Assembly: GCA_964016885.1 (NCBI GenBank)
Contig: OZ024747.1
Location: forward strand, 45,694,001-45,758,000
DNA: 64,000 nucleotides
Direction: 5' to 3'
DNA from: Eledone cirrhosa
Taxonomy: Eukaryota
Shown: positions 59,939 through 64,000 of the stretch, in pieces
Layout of the letters: every line of letters begins with the position of its first letter
Position numbering within the stretch: position 1 is the first letter of the stretch
The notes under the pieces: generated by a model
Databases searched by the model: none
The model's input: the letters and a program-made list of their open reading frames with translations, nothing else
Told to the model about the DNA's origin: nothing
Program-made: the position numbers and the translations under genes

Positions 59939-61389
59939 CTCCCAGCATCATCATAAAGGATGTTAATGATACATAGCTACTGGTTGAAGATAGTTTCAGC
60001 CTCGCATCCTCCTAACCTTCCTCAATACCCCAGTGGCACCAAGGTCTGAGTTCATCCACTCACTTTTGTATCAGGTAATTTGTGAATTCCTTATCAGTAG
60101 TAGGTTACATGATCACCACAGCAACAATAATGGTCAAGGCTACAATACCAACATCTCATTTGAATAAGATGAAGGTGGGATCGATATCAATGGCTATAGC
60201 AGTGGTAATATAACCAAGCTAGCTACTATATGATATATATTAGGGGGACAGACTAAAGTGAGAGTCGAGGTTGAAAATTAAATTAAGGCTTAAATTGAAA
60301 TGTTGAAGATAGAATGAAGATGAGTAAATAAAGAACACAAGGAATACCCAAGGGAAATACATAAAAATAGAAAAACATAATGATACAGTGTAGCAATCGA
60401 GGAAGACGAGATGTAATATCAAAAATACAAAATGTGAGGTATGTGAAAGTACCAATATATGATTATGCCAACAGCCAATATATCACAAATTGTTGGTCAA
60501 TTTGACCATCAATTAGAAATTATATTAAGAAGGTGGGTAGATAGAATCGTTAGATCATCAAAGATCATGCTTTGAAGTATTTCGTTATGGTTCTTTATGT
60601 TTTGTGTGAAGGAACTAATAATCATTACTTACCTAGAATTCCTCAAAACCTCTAAAAAACAAACATAGAATATGGACAGGCCAAGATGATTTACATGACT
60701 CTTATAAGGAGGGTTTCCTGTATTGAATGCTCATATTCTATATATCTATCTATTGAATCTTTTATATTGAGACAGTTTTCTCGCTTTCATTTAGAGATAT
60801 GTTATCTTCTATCGGAATTGATATATTAATTCAGTGACATTTGTTTTCCTGTTGGTGTTTTAAACTAATATCTGCACGATTTCACTTAATCAGAATGTCT
60901 GTATTAATTGCCATGTTTCAAAGTATAGCAATTCTATCATTTATTATTATCTCCCTCCTCCTCCTCCTGCACCTTCTTGTCATTAAAATCATCATCATCA
61001 TCGTAAAATTTAATATTGTCTTGCAACAAATAAAAAGAATTTAATTATCACTGCTATAATGTTTTATTTTATTGTGTTTCTAATTTTTCTATCATTGAAA
61101 GATTTAAACTACATGCATGTATATATATATCATCATCATCATTATCATTTAATGTCCACTTTCCCTGCTAGCATGTGCTGAGTGTAACTTCACAGACCGA
61201 GTCAGTACTGAACCAGGGCTACGGACCACTTAGATGGACTGGGGGATTGCATCTTGTCTCCCTAGACACTTCACAGATTTCTCTGGAGAGCAAATCTTCA
61301 TTTTAAGGTCATGAAAAGTTGTTCCTTGCAGGATAGCTTGCATTCTGGACATGAGCTATATAACTGATACTGTGCACCCAGCTGCAATT

Positions 61390-62330
61390 CTCCCTTCCAG
61401 CTTGTGCCATACCATTGTATATTTCTTTGTGGTAAAATGCATGTAAAAATTGTAGCATTTCATCATAAGTTTCCCTACCACTGGAGGGAACAGGAATATG
61501 TCCATGACAAACTCAAGCAGTTTGTGTGGGACTGACCCAAAAGATTTACCAGGTCAAGGCATACAATTGCCAGCTGACTTTTCACCCTCCTGGCTATCTG
61601 TATGGTATCCCAGATTGTTTTCATGTGTCCTATGCATCCCGATTCACTTGAGATGCCAACTTTCAGTACTGTGCCATTAACCAACAGCAATGTCAGCACT
61701 CGTCTAGCAATAATCCCAAGGAATATTTTTCCCTCTACATTCAATAGGGAAATGGCCTAAACTGGTCAAGTGTTGACGACTTCTGCTCTTGGGAAAGTAG
61801 ATGCCTTCCACTCTTGCCCAGTGATTAACAATCAGCTTTTCTTTCCAAGCTCTTCTAAGAGTGAGAAACAGCCTATTGCTCAAAGTGGGACATTTCTTGT
61901 AGACTTTGTATGGCACTTCATCCTGGCCTGGCACACTCTTAGATCATGCTTTTCTAATGAAGTCCCAGATTTTCTTTATTCGAAATTCACTAAGGAAGAA
62001 ATTTTGCTCCAGTTGCTGTTGGCTTTAGTATCTCCTGCATTGGTAGTATAGGGATATCTCCAAAAATATCACTATACGTATTGTGCAAGTATGACCAGTT
62101 CTTCCTTGATGCATGTCAGATTACCATTTCTGCTCTCTTGGAACAATCTATAAGTATACTTGCACGGATCTTAGAAAAAGTTCTTTCAACATTGCCACCT
62201 GAGCTATCTTCTTTCTTTTCATCTCTCAATTCACACTAGCTGGCAGAGGTGCTTCTTAACATCATCATACAATATTTTCAAATGTGCCTTTTCTACTTCC
62301 CTTGCCTCAATCCATCTGCTCTTCAACACC
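61390..62330 (-). mobile_element. HERO-like (RLE-group) non-LTR RT fragment, decayed
   Basis: PGQDEVPYKVYKKCP..., NVEGKIF..IIARR, GCIGH...IWD.IQ.A, LDL; multiple frameshifts. Confidence 0.75.
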
Positions 62331-63113
62331 TTGTGTGTTACAATTGCTTTGCCGGCAGACAGCTCAAGACACGATCATTGTGTGGATCTGTCTGATTGTG
62401 GATCTGCAGTTTCGTCGGACACTTCTAATAACTTCAGATCAAATTTTCACACTTTGAGTTCAGATGCATCACTGATTTTTCGTTTTATATTATATCACAC
62501 TCTGCTCTGTGGGAGTATAGAGTGCTCAACCAGCATACCGCCTATGGAAGCTTCTTAGCTACCATCAGACACACATAATTCAGGTATATAAGTGACTATA
62601 CCATCAAGATGAAAAAATATTTAATGTAAGATGAGGGAAAAGTAATACAATCCTAATTCAAAACAAATCAAGAAGAAAACTTTGTCATCAAACTTTGTGT
62701 AAGTTGGGGAAAAAGCAATACAATCTTAATTCAAAATAAAATCAAGAAGTAATACTTAACCGTCAATTTGGGGAAAACTACAAATGCACTATATAGTCTT
62801 AAAAGACCATTTCACGAAACTTTTCAGTGGGGTTAGTCACGGTTGGAATCGATCTTCACTAGTGCTCAACACATTAACTAAATCACCACTGCTAAAATAC
62901 CGAGGGGAAAAAAATAATCAACTGGGAGTTAAAAGCAGGCAAGCGAACAGCGTGTAGAAATGAAATAACAAAACAACACATGAACACAAACTAGTGATGG
63001 CGGGATGAGATGAGAAAAAGCAGTTTACAAGAAACAACAGTCAAAACATTCCGAAAACACCCACCAAAAAATATGCCGTTCAGCATAAGCAATATTATCG
63101 GTCTTTTTTTAAA

Positions 63114-63148
<35 letters not shown>

Positions 63149-64000
63149 TTATATATATATATATATATATATATACATACTCATTTATCATACATACTTT
63201 CATATGTACATACATCAAATGAATTTGTTGTGTCATGAGGAGGAGAAACCTAGAATTCTTACTGCACAGAATATATCTTCAGGAAAAAATTAATAAACTG
63301 ATATGAATACAATATTTAAATGGATACTAATATAATGATAAAAGTCACAGCTGGTCACTTCATTTTTTAAAAGCTAGACTAAGAACCAAAGTGTTAGATG
63401 TTAACAACACACTGTTAAAATCACTCAGTGTCTGAGACCAATCCATCTAATGGTAAAATAGTCAGGAAGAAGTAGAACTGTTTATACTGTAATCAGTCAG
63501 ATATTGAAAATCTTTTTGATAGTTTTGCATAGTATCAACAGAGATGACTTCCCTCTACCAACTTGACTTGTATGAAATATTCTATATAAGCACAATGTAT
63601 TCCGTGATAGCATATTGTTCTGTACACAAAAAAACATTCTCTTACAGCATCTGAGCTCACATCATTGAGGTAGCAATGATGGAGTCATTTTTCTCTTATT
63701 TTTGTTATGTTCTTACACACATCATATACATTAAATACAGAAGCAATTCTAATGAAAGACACTGTCTATGAAACCTTATAGATTTTACCAATTAAATTTT
63801 CCCCATATATCTCAAATAGAAATTAGTCTGTTGGATTCCAAATGTTCAGACATTCAATGAAAAATCACAATTCTCATTGACAATGAGAGAAGTATTCAAT
63901 GTGTTTTAATGATTTAGCAATGTTATTCTTAACCATTATCTGTTATAGAGAATAACAAAGCTTTATTTAAATTTATCATTAATATGTGGAACCTCTGATT

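Overview
AT-rich eukaryotic DNA made almost entirely of repeats. The SINE families, (TA)n/(CA)n/(GATA)n content and LINE mix look like a cephalopod (octopus-type) genome; this is an inference. No host gene can be called with confidence, and nearly all long ORFs in the track are (TA)n translation artefacts. Recognisable elements: a Tx1/L1-clade LINE with an intact 1145-aa ORF2 and several relatives, mostly set in (TC)n/(TATC)n; Penelope-like elements (Naiad-type RT + GIY-YIG), one bracketed by a ~1.5-kb inverted repeat; a deleted mariner; and CRE-, HERO-, CR1- and RTE-like fragments. About 13 copies of a tRNA-derived SINE are present, almost all on the minus strand. The main signal is a dense set of type I hammerhead ribozyme (HHR) motifs: about 9 with an intact core and about 8 decayed. 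Most lie in non-coding, partially tandem or inverted 440-590 bp units inserted in (TA)n (retrozyme-like or non-autonomous Penelope derivatives). Two unrelated families carry a compensatory U3-A8 core, and one copy starts exactly at the predicted ribozyme cleavage site. All folds were done by eye.
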